Shown: positions 19,215 through 29,017, counted from the stretch's first letter. The stretch is DNA of 64,000 nucleotides from Lentisphaeria bacterium (GCA_900768515.1 CAAGDG010000058.1:5663-69662), one strand, 5' to 3'. Program-made: numbers and translations. The notes: a model not told the origin generated them from the sequence alone.

Positions 19215-19334
19215 ACCTTGTCTCTTCTGCACCGGACGGTTTTGCGGCCGATCCGGTGTGCTGTGATTGTATGACATCAAAGTTTTGCCAGACGACGACG
19301 ACAACCCAACCATATTCAGAACAGGAGCAGTTTT

Positions 19335-22300
19335 ATGCTGAAACAAGTCCTTGCCGGAGCCGCCGTCTTTCTGACGGTTGTCTCGGCGCCCGCCGCAGAG
19401 AATATATTCACCTCCGACTCCAGCAGCGCCGTCAAAGTGGATGGAATCTCATTCCGGCTGACCCACTGGAATCCCGCCTGGTCGATGACGTCCCAAAGTG
19501 AGTCGACGCTCTCCTTCCCCGGAGAGGCTGGCAGTACGGTTCCGGGCCGCGGCAATGTCCGAAACGGGGTGTTCCGGGTACGTGACGGCGAGTATCAGGT
19601 GACGGAGGCGGTCGATCTCGCCAAACCCGGAACGGCAAAACTCTCCTTCGAACTGACCAACCCTGCCGGGATCGACGCCGCCAGCGTGGCGGTGGTCGCC
19701 ACCCTGCCTCTGAAGATGTTCGAAAACCGGCAGATTCTCTTCAACGGGAAAAATGTGAGTTTCGGTCCCGAATTCAATGACAAGAACTGGCAGACCTGGG
19801 TGGAAAAAAGCAATCGTCCCACCGAAGTGATCCTTCCTCTCAAGAGCGGGAAACTGGTGATCACGGGAAATTTCTCCGCGCAGCTGCAGGACAACCGCCG
19901 GTTTGACGGCTCCAACTGGGAACTCCGCCTCCAGTTCACCCCCGGGAGCGGCAAGTTCAAAAAAGCCCGGTTCGACGCGGTATTTTCCTTCCAGCCCCAC
20001 GTCTCGACGCCGATCGACCTGCGCAGCGCCTGCAACATGGGGTTCAAGGACGAGGTTGACGGCGACCGGAAGGGTGGCTGGACCGACCAGGGTCCCGACA
20101 ACGACCTCGCCATGATGACGCTCGGGAAACAGAAGCTCGCGGGAATCAATTTCGATGTCATCGACCCCGCCCGGAACGACGGACGCTCCTGCATCGTGCT
20201 CCGCGGCAAGGAGCGCCCCTATTTTCCGGACTCCGTGACGGTCAAGTCCGGCGGAGCGAAGGGGCGCTACCTCTATCTCCTGAACGCCGTCGCCTGGGAA
20301 CCCAAGTCGGCGACCCGGATCGGCACGGTCGAAGTCCGATACACCGACGGGAAGAGCACGACGCTCCCCCTGGTCAGCGGAACCGACACCGCGAACTTCT
20401 GGATGCCCCGGCAGATCCCCAACGCCGCGGTCGCCTGGCGCAACAGCAACGACAGCGCGAACATCGGACTTTACGCGACCCGTTTCCCGCTCTCCGGGAA
20501 AGCGATTGACAGCCTGACCTTCCGCAGCGCCGGAGACGCGGTCTGGATGATCGTCGGCGCCACGCTCTCCGACGACGAAATCACTCCGGAAATGGAAGGC
20601 CCCCTTGTGATGCAGGCCAATCCGGACTGGGTCCCGATTCAAAATGCCAAGGATATCGTTCCAGGCAGCGTGCTCGACTTCTCGTTCCTGCTCGACAAAC
20701 CGGCGGGGAAGTATGGATTCATCCGGAACGTCAACGGTGAATTCCAGTTTGAAAAACGCCCGGGCAAACCGGCCCGCTTCTTCGGCGCCAACATCTGCTT
20801 CACCACAAACTTCATGGAGAAGAAGTTCGTGGACCGCATGACCGACGAATTCGCCGCGACCGGCTACAACATCATTCGACTGCACCACTACGACCACGCG
20901 GTGGTTGCCCGTAAGAACCGCACGTCAACCTCGCTCGACCCGGCCATGATCGACAAAATGGACTACCTGCTCGCCTCCTGCAAGGAGCGCGGCATCTACG
21001 TGACGCTCGATCTTTTCATCTACCGGCGGCTTGAAAAAGGGGAAATTCCGGAGTTCCCGGACCATGAGGTCGATTTCGTGGAATTCAAGGCGCTTGCCTT
21101 CGTCAATGAAAACGCGATGAAGAACTTCGAGACCTTCAGCGCCAATCTGATGAATCATGTGAACCCCTACACCAAACTCGCATGGAAGGACGATCCGGCG
21201 ATCGTGACCATCAGTCTGATCAACGAGGACACCCTGTCCGCCACCTACTACCGCTATGATTTCATCCGCCAGATCTACGACCGGAAGTTCGAGGAGTACG
21301 TCAAAGCGAACCGTCTGACGCTGAACGAAGACAACCGGCGGCAGCTTTTCGAGCGGTTCCTGAATGAAACCTACAGCCGCGGCTACCAGCGCATGTCCAA
21401 ATTCCTCCGGTCGATCGGGGTCAAGGCGCTGCTCACCGACCAGAACTACATCACCAACATTTCGGCCACCGTGCTGCGCGACCAGCAGGATTTCGTGGAC
21501 AACCACTTCTACTGGGGGCATCCGCAATTCCTCGGCGGCAACTGGAAACTGCCCGCCGCAGTCGAAACGTCAAGCGCGGCCGGCGCCTACGCCGGAGGGA
21601 TTTCCGGAATGTTTCCGTCGCGAATCTTCGGCAAGCCCTTCACCATCACGGAATGGGACTATGTGAACCCCAATCCGTTCAACGTGGAGGGTTCCTTCCT
21701 GGTCGGCGCCTATTCCGCGCTGCAGAACTACGGCGGTCTCTGCCGCTTCGCCTACGCGCATTCGAGCGACAGAGTGACCCGGGACCAGTCGGCGATCCGC
21801 TTCTTCGATGTCTCCAACGATCCGCTGCGAATTCTCTCCGAACGGGCCGGAACGCTCTTCTTCCTGCGCGGGGACGTGAAGAGTTCGGAGGTCTGCTTCC
21901 CATATCTCCTGAACCGGAACTATCTTGACATTCCGGGACATCCCGCCAACCATCCGCAGATCATCAACCGGCTCGGTCTGATCGGCAGAACCGGAACCAT
22001 TTTCGACGCCGGCAAGAGTCCGGAAGGAACGCGCGCGCTCTTCACCTCGGTCCCCTTCCAGGGGAAGAGCCGCTATCCGGTGATCAACACGTCGGGAGGA
22101 ATCGGAAATCTGCTTCAACAGCTCCTGCAGCAGAAGATCATCTCTTCCGCCAACTACGATCCAGCGACCCAGCGCTTCACCAGCTCCACCGGCGAGCTTG
22201 AGATCACCCGCAAAACCAGAACCTTCCGGGCGGTCACGCCGCGCAGCGAGGGATTCGTGGCCCCGGCCCAGACCAGACTTGCCGGAAAGTTCGCCGAGAT

Positions 22301-22661
22301 CGTGAACGGGAATACCTTCAGCGCCATTCTGGTCGCCGCCGTGGACGACCGGCCGCTCGCCGGAAGCGACCGCATTCTGATTCTCCATCTGACCGATGTG
22401 AAGAACACTGGAATGAAATTCGCGGGGCAGGACATGTCCGTGCTGCAGTCCTGGGGCACGCTGCCCCTGCTGATGCGCCGCGGCGAAGCGGAGATCACGC
22501 TGGCCGCCCGGCCGGGCATGAAACTCTACGCCTGCGGTTTCGACGGCAGCCGGAAATTCGAGGTGCCGACCGAACCGGCCGGCAACGGGAAGATCCGGTT
22601 CACTGCGAAGAACGTCACCGATCAGGGAGCGATCGTCGCCTACGAACTGGTCCGGGAGTAA
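19335..22661 (+). CDS. Secreted multidomain putative glycoside hydrolase, paralog B (1108 aa).
   Basis: Signal peptide MLKQVLAGAAVFLTVVSAPAAE. MGFKDEVDGDRKGGWTDQGPDNDLAMM. FFGANICF...GYNIIRLHHYDH...GIYVTLDLF...WKDDPAIVTISLINED...ITEWDY (clan GH-A-like NE[DP] and TE motifs). AGGAG RBS. Confidence 0.85.
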   Translation: MLKQVLAGAAVFLTVVSAPAAENIFTSDSSSAVKVDGISFRLTHWNPAWSMTSQSESTLSFPGEAGSTVPGRGNVRNGVFRVRDGEYQVTEAVDLAKPGTAKLSFELTNPAGIDAASVAVVATLPLKMFENRQILFNGKNVSFGPEFNDKNWQTWVEKSNRPTEVILPLKSGKLVITGNFSAQLQDNRRFDGSNWELRLQFTPGSGKFKKARFDAVFSFQPHVSTPIDLRSACNMGFKDEVDGDRKGGWTDQGPDNDLAMMTLGKQKLAGINFDVIDPARNDGRSCIVLRGKERPYFPDSVTVKSGGAKGRYLYLLNAVAWEPKSATRIGTVEVRYTDGKSTTLPLVSGTDTANFWMPRQIPNAAVAWRNSNDSANIGLYATRFPLSGKAIDSLTFRSAGDAVWMIVGATLSDDEITPEMEGPLVMQANPDWVPIQNAKDIVPGSVLDFSFLLDKPAGKYGFIRNVNGEFQFEKRPGKPARFFGANICFTTNFMEKKFVDRMTDEFAATGYNIIRLHHYDHAVVARKNRTSTSLDPAMIDKMDYLLASCKERGIYVTLDLFIYRRLEKGEIPEFPDHEVDFVEFKALAFVNENAMKNFETFSANLMNHVNPYTKLAWKDDPAIVTISLINEDTLSATYYRYDFIRQIYDRKFEEYVKANRLTLNEDNRRQLFERFLNETYSRGYQRMSKFLRSIGVKALLTDQNYITNISATVLRDQQDFVDNHFYWGHPQFLGGNWKLPAAVETSSAAGAYAGGISGMFPSRIFGKPFTITEWDYVNPNPFNVEGSFLVGAYSALQNYGGLCRFAYAHSSDRVTRDQSAIRFFDVSNDPLRILSERAGTLFFLRGDVKSSEVCFPYLLNRNYLDIPGHPANHPQIINRLGLIGRTGTIFDAGKSPEGTRALFTSVPFQGKSRYPVINTSGGIGNLLQQLLQQKIISSANYDPATQRFTSSTGELEITRKTRTFRAVTPRSEGFVAPAQTRLAGKFAEIVNGNTFSAILVAAVDDRPLAGSDRILILHLTDVKNTGMKFAGQDMSVLQSWGTLPLLMRRGEAEITLAARPGMKLYACGFDGSRKFEVPTEPAGNGKIRFTAKNVTDQGAIVAYELVRE

Positions 22662-22810
22662 CCCGATAATCCGGGAAACCGGAAGATCCACGCGGGGTCC
22701 GGTGCGCGGAAAGCGCCCGGGCCCCCGTTTCTCCGGCCGGAGCGGAAACTCTCCTCTGCTCTCCACCCCCTCCCCCCGCAACACACGGTCCAACTTCCGG
22801 AAACTGAAAT

Positions 22811-23695
22811 ATGCACGTTTTTCATCTAAAGGATCTGGCGACGCCGACCCATCCCGAGATCGCGCTGACGCTCCAGCGCTGGCGCCGGGCGAACAACTCG
22901 GGCGAACACCGACATGACGGCGTCGAGATCGTTTTCGTGCTCTCCGGCAGCGGGGTCAACTTTCTGGACGGTCGTCCTTTTCCGATCATCGCAGGGGACC
23001 TCTATGTGGTCAACCGGGGAGCGGTCCACTCGTTCTATTCCAACAATGAACTGATCTTCTACAACCTGCTCTTTTCCTTTTCCCTTTTCAGCCGGCGGGA
23101 GCAGGAGGAGTTCCGGAGAATTCCGGAATTTGAGCGGGTCTTCGCTCCGGCGCTCACCCGGGGGGCGGGGTTCGACAAGCTTTCGCTCCCACCGGCGGCC
23201 GCGGAACGTCTCCGGGAACTTTTCGAAGCACTGAACCGGGAACTGCGCACCGCCGCTCCCGGCAGCCGCCTCGGGGTCCGCGCCACGCTGATGCTGCTGA
23301 TCGTCGAAATCTGCCGCTGTGCGGCGGCGCCCCCCTCCCCGCTGGCGGCGGCGAAAGACAATCACCACTCCCCGCTGACCCGGATCATCGATTTTCTGAA
23401 TGCGAACTTCCGGCGGCCGCTCGACCTCTCCGAACTGGCGGAGGCGGCGGGTCTGAGTCCGACCTACGTCGGGGAGTTCTTCCGGAACCGCACCGGAATT
23501 CCGCTGGTACGCCACCTGACCACGCTGCGGATCGACGAGGCGCGCAGGCTGCTCGCCCGCCGCCCCGAATGGAACATCACCGAAATCGCCGCCCGGTGCG
23601 GATTCGAAGACTCCGGTTACTTCACCCGGGTGTTCCGCGCCGCGACCGGGGAGACTCCCACGCAATATCGGAAAAAAATCAGGGAAAAACTCTGA
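22811..23695 (+). CDS. AraC-family transcriptional regulator (cupin sensor plus HTH_AraC).
   Basis: N-terminal cupin (GDLYVVNRGAVHSF). C-terminal LSELAEAAGLSPTYVGEFFRNRTG...YFTRVFRAATGETPTQYR. Confidence 0.85.
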   Translation: MHVFHLKDLATPTHPEIALTLQRWRRANNSGEHRHDGVEIVFVLSGSGVNFLDGRPFPIIAGDLYVVNRGAVHSFYSNNELIFYNLLFSFSLFSRREQEEFRRIPEFERVFAPALTRGAGFDKLSLPPAAAERLRELFEALNRELRTAAPGSRLGVRATLMLLIVEICRCAAAPPSPLAAAKDNHHSPLTRIIDFLNANFRRPLDLSELAEAAGLSPTYVGEFFRNRTGIPLVRHLTTLRIDEARRLLARRPEWNITEIAARCGFEDSGYFTRVFRAATGETPTQYRKKIREKL

Positions 23696-23850
23696 TTATC
23701 TTTGTTTTTTTCCTTTTAAAATCCTGTTTTTTCCTTTTATTCTTATAGTTTCCGTCCTCTCCGGGGTTTATATTGGAAAGAAAGATGCGGGCGCCTTCCA
23801 TCCCGGATGGTCCGGGAGAAGCCGTCCGCCGCGACAAGGAGAAACGAAAT

Positions 23851-23925
23851 ATGTTCGACACCTGTCAGAAATCGCGCCAGAGCCTGAACCGCGCCGAATA
23901 CCGCGACAAAGTGCTCGGATGCTGA
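23851..23925 (+). other. 5' fragment (24 codons) of the ADP-ribosylglycohydrolase gene, ending at an in-frame TGA (23923-23925).
   Basis: AAGGAGAAAcgaaatATG start. MFDTCQKSRQSLNRAEYRDKVLGC* then continues in the SAME frame as TGKNIGGTLGAPIEGRREMFDLT. RDKVLGC.TGKNIGGTLGAPIEG matches the family N-terminal motif RD.ilGcLlGlAvGDAlGaPvE. Confidence 0.6.
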
Positions 23926-23979
23926 ACCGGGAAGAATATCGGCGGCACTCTCGGCGCTCCGATCGAAGGACGCCGCGAA

Positions 23980-25389
23980 ATGTTCGATCTGACGTTCTAC
24001 AAACAGGACCTCAACGGGACTCCGGCTCCGAACGACGATCTCGATCTGCAGCTGGTCTGGCTCCAGGCCGCCGAGGAGCGCGGCGTCTACCAGCTCAACG
24101 AACGGGTGCTCGGTGAGTACTGGATGGCGCACATCACCGGACCGTGGAACGAGTACGGAATCGGCAAGGCAAACATGGCCAACGGATTCCAGCCCCCGCT
24201 CTCCGGAGCGCTCAACAACGGCCAGTGGAAGAACAGCAACGGTGCCTGGATCCGTTCGGAAATCTGGGCGTGCCTCTTCCCCGGTTCACCGGACGACGTG
24301 CTGGAGTTCGCGTGGTACGACTCCTGCGTCGACCACGCCGGCGACGGAATCTACGCCGAACTTTTCACCGCCGCGCTGGAGTCTGCAGCCTTCGTGGTCC
24401 AGGACATCCGACGGCTGATTGAAATCGCGTTGTCCAAGATCCCGGCCGACTGCCGTGTCGCCCGCAGCGTCAAGCTCGCCTGCCGCGAATATGACGCCGG
24501 TCGTTCGCTCGCCGACGCGCGCAACGCGATCGTCGCAGACAGCACCGACCTCGGCTGGTTCCAGGCGCCGGCCAATGTCGCCTTCGCCATTCTCGGCCTG
24601 CTCTACGGCGAAGGGGATTTCGGCAAATCGCTCTGCTGCGCGGTCAACTGCGGCGACGACACCGACTGCACCGGCGCGACCGTGGGGTCGGTGCTGGGGA
24701 TTCTCCTCGGCCGTTCCGGAATTCCGTCAAAATGGAGCGATCCGATCGGAGAGAGCATCCAGACCGTCGCGATCAACCGCTTCCGGCTCGATGTGCCCGC
24801 CACCATCAGCGAACTGACCGACCGGGTGGTCCGCCTCGCGGAGGAGACGGCGCGCTGGAATCCGACCCTGCCCGGTTTCACCGACGACGGCGGCGGCTTC
24901 GACGCGGGGTACCTTGCCGGACTTGATTCCGACAAATGCGCCCGTAAACGGATTTGGAACCGCTCCAGCTTTGCACAGACTTATCCCCTCCCGTGGGGCG
25001 AAATCACCGTGACGTTTGAAAACGAACCGCAGATCGCGACGGGAGAATCGCTGAAGATGTGTCTTTCGATCTCTCCTCTCGTATACGACGACAAAGTGGT
25101 CCACCTGGAGTGGGGACTGCCGGAAGGCTGGAGCGCTTCTCCGGGCGAGGTGTTTTCCATGCTGACGCGGATGGGGCAGACCCAGTCGATCGAATGCGAA
25201 CTCACCGCCGGAACCTTCTCCGGCGCGGTCGAATACCTGCCGCTGACCATCCGGCTCGCCGGCCGGTTCAATCCGCTGGTGGTGATGGTTCCGATCCAGC
25301 AGAAAGGGTGCGCCAACAACGAATTCCCGGAAGTCAACCAGTCGTATTACGACATCCGGGACCGTCTCCTCGCCAGACGGCGGGGCTGA
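23980..25389 (+). CDS. ADP-ribosylglycohydrolase-family protein (DraG/ARH-like) with a C-terminal extension. Largest uninterrupted ORF.
   Basis: GDDTDCTGATVGSVLG and the overall ARH fold pattern. The gene almost certainly begins at 23851 (see the fragment feature). Confidence 0.8.
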   Translation: MFDLTFYKQDLNGTPAPNDDLDLQLVWLQAAEERGVYQLNERVLGEYWMAHITGPWNEYGIGKANMANGFQPPLSGALNNGQWKNSNGAWIRSEIWACLFPGSPDDVLEFAWYDSCVDHAGDGIYAELFTAALESAAFVVQDIRRLIEIALSKIPADCRVARSVKLACREYDAGRSLADARNAIVADSTDLGWFQAPANVAFAILGLLYGEGDFGKSLCCAVNCGDDTDCTGATVGSVLGILLGRSGIPSKWSDPIGESIQTVAINRFRLDVPATISELTDRVVRLAEETARWNPTLPGFTDDGGGFDAGYLAGLDSDKCARKRIWNRSSFAQTYPLPWGEITVTFENEPQIATGESLKMCLSISPLVYDDKVVHLEWGLPEGWSASPGEVFSMLTRMGQTQSIECELTAGTFSGAVEYLPLTIRLAGRFNPLVVMVPIQQKGCANNEFPEVNQSYYDIRDRLLARRRG

Positions 25390-25464
25390 TTCCGAAGCGC
25401 CTGGGAAACAACGGCCTCCCCGGGAACTTCCGGGGAGGCCGTTTTGCGAAACATTCCTCGTTGT

Positions 25465-28400
25465 CTATTTCCGCGCAAGTTCGAAGAAGACGGTCGGCTC
25501 CTTCAACTTCGCGGTATCGACCCGGAACTCCACCGTGTCGCCGCTCCTGCGTACCGGTGCAATCTCCTCGGTACGCTCCCCCTCCGGCGTCAGCGCCCAG
25601 AGACGGAGCGAACCAGCGTTCCGGTTGCGAAGCACAAAGGCGAAGCTGCCGGTCCGCAGCAGAACCGGAGAACCGCCGATGTTGCGCAACGTCCTCAGAT
25701 CGGCATCATCGAAGACCATGTTGGAATTGAGCGCGTCCGTCGCATAGACCACCGCAATCCGTTCGGCATCGCGAAGCGGCCGGTCGCCGTCGATCGAAAC
25801 CGCGGAGAGATTGCCGCGCCGGCTCATCTCGCGCACTTCGAAATCGGGGAGGCGGTATTGGGTCCCGGCCTCGGCGCAGACTCCCTGCAGCCGCGGCGTG
25901 TTGACCGAAAGCAGCCGTTTGCGGACATCCAGGAAGAGTTCGCCGGTGGCGTTTTCAAACAGTTCATTGGCGACGTCGGTCCGGTTCTCCGCCGGCAGCA
26001 ACCCCTGCCGCTTCAGCTCCTCCAGCGCGGGGCCGAGCTTGAAGTTGCCGGAGGCGGTATCGGAAATCAAGGCGTACCCTTCAGCATGGCTGACCACCGC
26101 GCTGCCGCCGTCACCGGCCAGAACCGCCTCGCCGGGGCGGGCCGGGAAGGGTTCCCGCCCGGAGGCGACCACGTCGGTCGAAAACCCGGTCACCAGCGCG
26201 AGACGCGACTGCGTGGCGCTGACGCTGTCGCCGAATTCGAACCGCCGGAACATCTCATCCGCGTTGAACCGGACCCGCACACCGCGGTCGGCCGGCTTCA
26301 CATCCCCGCGGCGGAAGAGGAAGAACGTCAGGAACTCCGACGCCTGCTGCACCGGATCGGACATCGACAGGAACGGATTGATCCGCTCGACCGGAACCAC
26401 ACTCTGCGGCTGCGCAAACTGCGTCAGACCGTCGAAATTCTGGAACGCGGCATAAGCGCCGGTCACAAACGCCTGTTCGTAACGGTAGCGGTTCCAGAAG
26501 GTGTGCGCGTGCTCGGTGACCACGATCGGCTTGCCGGCCAGCCGCGTCGAAACGAATCCCCGGAACTGCCCGCCGGCGTTCGAAAGCGAACTCTCCTGCG
26601 AAATGGTCGAACCCGGCTGCATGTAGTTGGTCGGATGTGCATGGTATCCATTCATCGTGACCGCATCCATCTCGCTTCGGATCAACGAGTAGCGTCTGGC
26701 ACGACCCATGTTGTAGTTGCTGATGATTCCGCGGTAGCCGAGTTCGCGCAGCGTCTTGCTGTACCAGCGGAAGGTATCGCCTTCCACCGCGGTCAGAAAT
26801 TCGTTGACGTCGCGTCCGAGGGCGTTCTTCGCCTGCACGCTTTCCGGCGTGAAGATCGGAACCGCGTCGAAGGAGCCATAGTTGCTGCCATGCGCGGCAT
26901 TCAGCTTCTCAATCGACGGATACCTGGAGCGGAGGAACTCCCGCCAGCGCGGGGTCAGACCGGTCCAGTCGTCCGGCCAGATGAAGGCGAACTCCTGTTC
27001 ATTGAACCCCTGCACCATCGCCAGAACCGGATCGTCGATCAACCGGGTTCCGGTGTAGGGATTGACCCGGCACAGCAGCTCCTGGATTCCGCGCCGCCAG
27101 TGCTCCCGTGCGACCGGATCGTAGTGCATGCTCAGTTTGAAATAGCTCTTCCGGGAGTGTTCCGGCCGCCACGGAGAACCGGGCAGGTAGCCCCGCCACG
27201 AACTCATCGCATCGAAGTTGAGATAGATGCCGTTCTCCTTCATGCAGTAGATCAGGTAATCGAAATGATCGAGGTTTTCCGGAGAGAATTCAAACGCCTT
27301 CTCGCTTCTCAAAACCAGAACCGCATCCAGAAAGTGAGTCCGGGTCATATTATAACCGGCCCGGCGAAGCCGCTGCGTGTAGGCGGCGATCTTCTCATGG
27401 GTGTCCAACTGGGGACCGGCGACATCGGCCCGGCCGATGAAGGCGTCGGTGCCTTCACAGCTTGAGAGGAAACGGGCCGGACGGTCCGGTTCCTTTTCAA
27501 ACGCCAGCTGGCCGGCGGCATTCACGATCACCCGGCCGAGCTCTCCGACCTTGTGGAACGGCAGAAAACCGGAGCGGTCGAGCGCCGAACCGGCGATGAT
27601 CCCCCGCTCGTTCCGGTAGCGGAACGGCCGCCAGACCTCGTCGGCAGTGATCCGCACCTGTTTCGCACGCGGCGGTTCGTAGACGGAATCCGACAGCGTG
27701 GCGGCCAGCACGATCCAGATCGAACCGGAACCGGCACTCTCCAGGACAACTTCCTTCACCGGACCAAACTTCTCCGGCAGCTGGAACCGCGAAACATAAG
27801 CGCCAACCCGGTTGCTGGAGTTGAGCCATGTGGCGCCGACGGCGCCGTTCTCCAGCGATTTCGGACTCCACCAGTCGCCGACATCACGCCCGGAACGGAT
27901 TTCAAAGCTTTGTTTCCGGCCGTTCTCCCCGGTCACAACAAGGCGGCCGACCTCGCCCGGCGCCGCCCAGCAGAGGGTGTGAAGCAAATAGAGGTTGCGC
28001 CCTTCCAGCCGGCGCTCTCCGGCCGGAAGCACCACCCGCTCCGGCCCGTTCGGGAACCGGGCGGAACGCATCGTAAGAACCGTCTTCCCGCCGTTGGCAT
28101 CCGGTTCGAGCAGCCGGAACGGAACGTTTGCAAACAGTTCCTGCTTGCGATCGAGGTTGGCGGCGTCATTTTCCGGTCCCTGGTCGGACCAGCCGCCCTT
28201 TCCATCCCCCGGCGTCGGATCGGCGTAGCCCATGTTGGCGGCCTTCCGGAAATCCAGAAAGCTGTCGACCACCCCGACCGAAAGATTCCGGAACCGGATC
28301 TGACCGGAGGTATCCTGCAATCCGAGCGCAATGTTCGCAGAGTCAAGATCGAAAGGCAGTGAGACCATGAACTCCACCGGCATCCAGTCGTAGCTGCCGG

Positions 28401-28776
28401 TGCGCATCTTCCCCTGCGGGTAGAAGTGCTTGCCGCCGGAACTGTATTCCAGCATGAATTTCCCGCCGTTCCAGGGATTGCCCGGCTCGGCGATCTCCTT
28501 CCCCGCCGTCTCCACCCGGCAGCGGACCCGGGATCCGGCGAGCGCAGCAGTGTCAAGTTTGCCGAAAGCGCCGGTTATGCCCCGTGAAACCTTGTCCGGC
28601 GCGACTTCAACCAGCAACGATTTTTCGGAAAGACGCGCACCGCCGGGCACCAGGTAAAAAGCGGAGCCGGCGGATTTCCCGCCAAAAGACTCCTCCAGCA
28701 CCGGGGCGGCAGACAATGCGATGGTTCCCGCGGCAAGCGCGGCAACCCCTTCCAGCAATCCGAACTTCAGCCTCAT
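25465..28776 (-). CDS. Secreted multidomain putative glycoside hydrolase, paralog C (~1103 aa).
   Basis: Start at MRLKFGLLEGVAALAAGTIALSAAPV (AGGGAG RBS). MGYADPTPGDGKGGWSDQGPENDAANL. FLSSCEGT...GYNMTRTHFLD...FNEQEF...VTEHAHTFWN. The antisense 673-aa ORF 25444..27465 is rejected. Confidence 0.85.
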   Translation of the reverse strand: MRLKFGLLEGVAALAAGTIALSAAPVLEESFGGKSAGSAFYLVPGGARLSEKSLLVEVAPDKVSRGITGAFGKLDTAALAGSRVRCRVETAGKEIAEPGNPWNGGKFMLEYSSGGKHFYPQGKMRTGSYDWMPVEFMVSLPFDLDSANIALGLQDTSGQIRFRNLSVGVVDSFLDFRKAANMGYADPTPGDGKGGWSDQGPENDAANLDRKQELFANVPFRLLEPDANGGKTVLTMRSARFPNGPERVVLPAGERRLEGRNLYLLHTLCWAAPGEVGRLVVTGENGRKQSFEIRSGRDVGDWWSPKSLENGAVGATWLNSSNRVGAYVSRFQLPEKFGPVKEVVLESAGSGSIWIVLAATLSDSVYEPPRAKQVRITADEVWRPFRYRNERGIIAGSALDRSGFLPFHKVGELGRVIVNAAGQLAFEKEPDRPARFLSSCEGTDAFIGRADVAGPQLDTHEKIAAYTQRLRRAGYNMTRTHFLDAVLVLRSEKAFEFSPENLDHFDYLIYCMKENGIYLNFDAMSSWRGYLPGSPWRPEHSRKSYFKLSMHYDPVAREHWRRGIQELLCRVNPYTGTRLIDDPVLAMVQGFNEQEFAFIWPDDWTGLTPRWREFLRSRYPSIEKLNAAHGSNYGSFDAVPIFTPESVQAKNALGRDVNEFLTAVEGDTFRWYSKTLRELGYRGIISNYNMGRARRYSLIRSEMDAVTMNGYHAHPTNYMQPGSTISQESSLSNAGGQFRGFVSTRLAGKPIVVTEHAHTFWNRYRYEQAFVTGAYAAFQNFDGLTQFAQPQSVVPVERINPFLSMSDPVQQASEFLTFFLFRRGDVKPADRGVRVRFNADEMFRRFEFGDSVSATQSRLALVTGFSTDVVASGREPFPARPGEAVLAGDGGSAVVSHAEGYALISDTASGNFKLGPALEELKRQGLLPAENRTDVANELFENATGELFLDVRKRLLSVNTPRLQGVCAEAGTQYRLPDFEVREMSRRGNLSAVSIDGDRPLRDAERIAVVYATDALNSNMVFDDADLRTLRNIGGSPVLLRTGSFAFVLRNRNAGSLRLWALTPEGERTEEIAPVRRSGDTVEFRVDTAKLKEPTVFFELARK

Positions 28777-28943
28777 CGATGATCTCCCTGGTTCATGGTA
28801 CAGGTGGCATTCCGGCAGAAAAAAACCGGTATTTTGTAATATGTTACCCTGTTCTCCATCAAAATACAAGCATCGTTTCTCCGGTTTTTTTCATCTTTTT
28901 CAAACCATCATCTTTTTAGGGATGACAGCCCGGCCGATTTTTC

Positions 28944-28971
28944 TTGTATTTTCGGCAGAAGGCATTATATT
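28944..28971 (+). promoter_or_regulatory. Possible sigma70-like promoter for cstA (TTGTAT, 16 nt, TATATT).
   Basis: ttgtat-tttcggcagaaggcat-tatatt about 47 nt upstream of the cstA ATG. Confidence 0.3.
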
Positions 28972-29017
28972 AATCAAGTTACAATGTTTTGAAAAAAACA
29001 ATCTGAAAGGCGGAAAA

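Noticed and set aside
23923-23925. Selenocysteine insertion at the in-frame TGA of the ARH gene.
   Set aside because: The aligned family position is Leu/Ala rather than Cys. No convincing SECIS-like stem-loop with a GGU apical loop immediately downstream. Other genes in the window clearly use TGA as a stop. Kept only as a low-probability alternative.
28721-29017. N-terminal 99 codons of the 587-aa track ORF as part of cstA.
   Set aside because: This stretch has no CstA homology and overlaps the divergent promoter region. The CstA N-terminus (MLLFLVGLAILIIGYFTYGKF) begins at ATG 29018, which has its own RBS.
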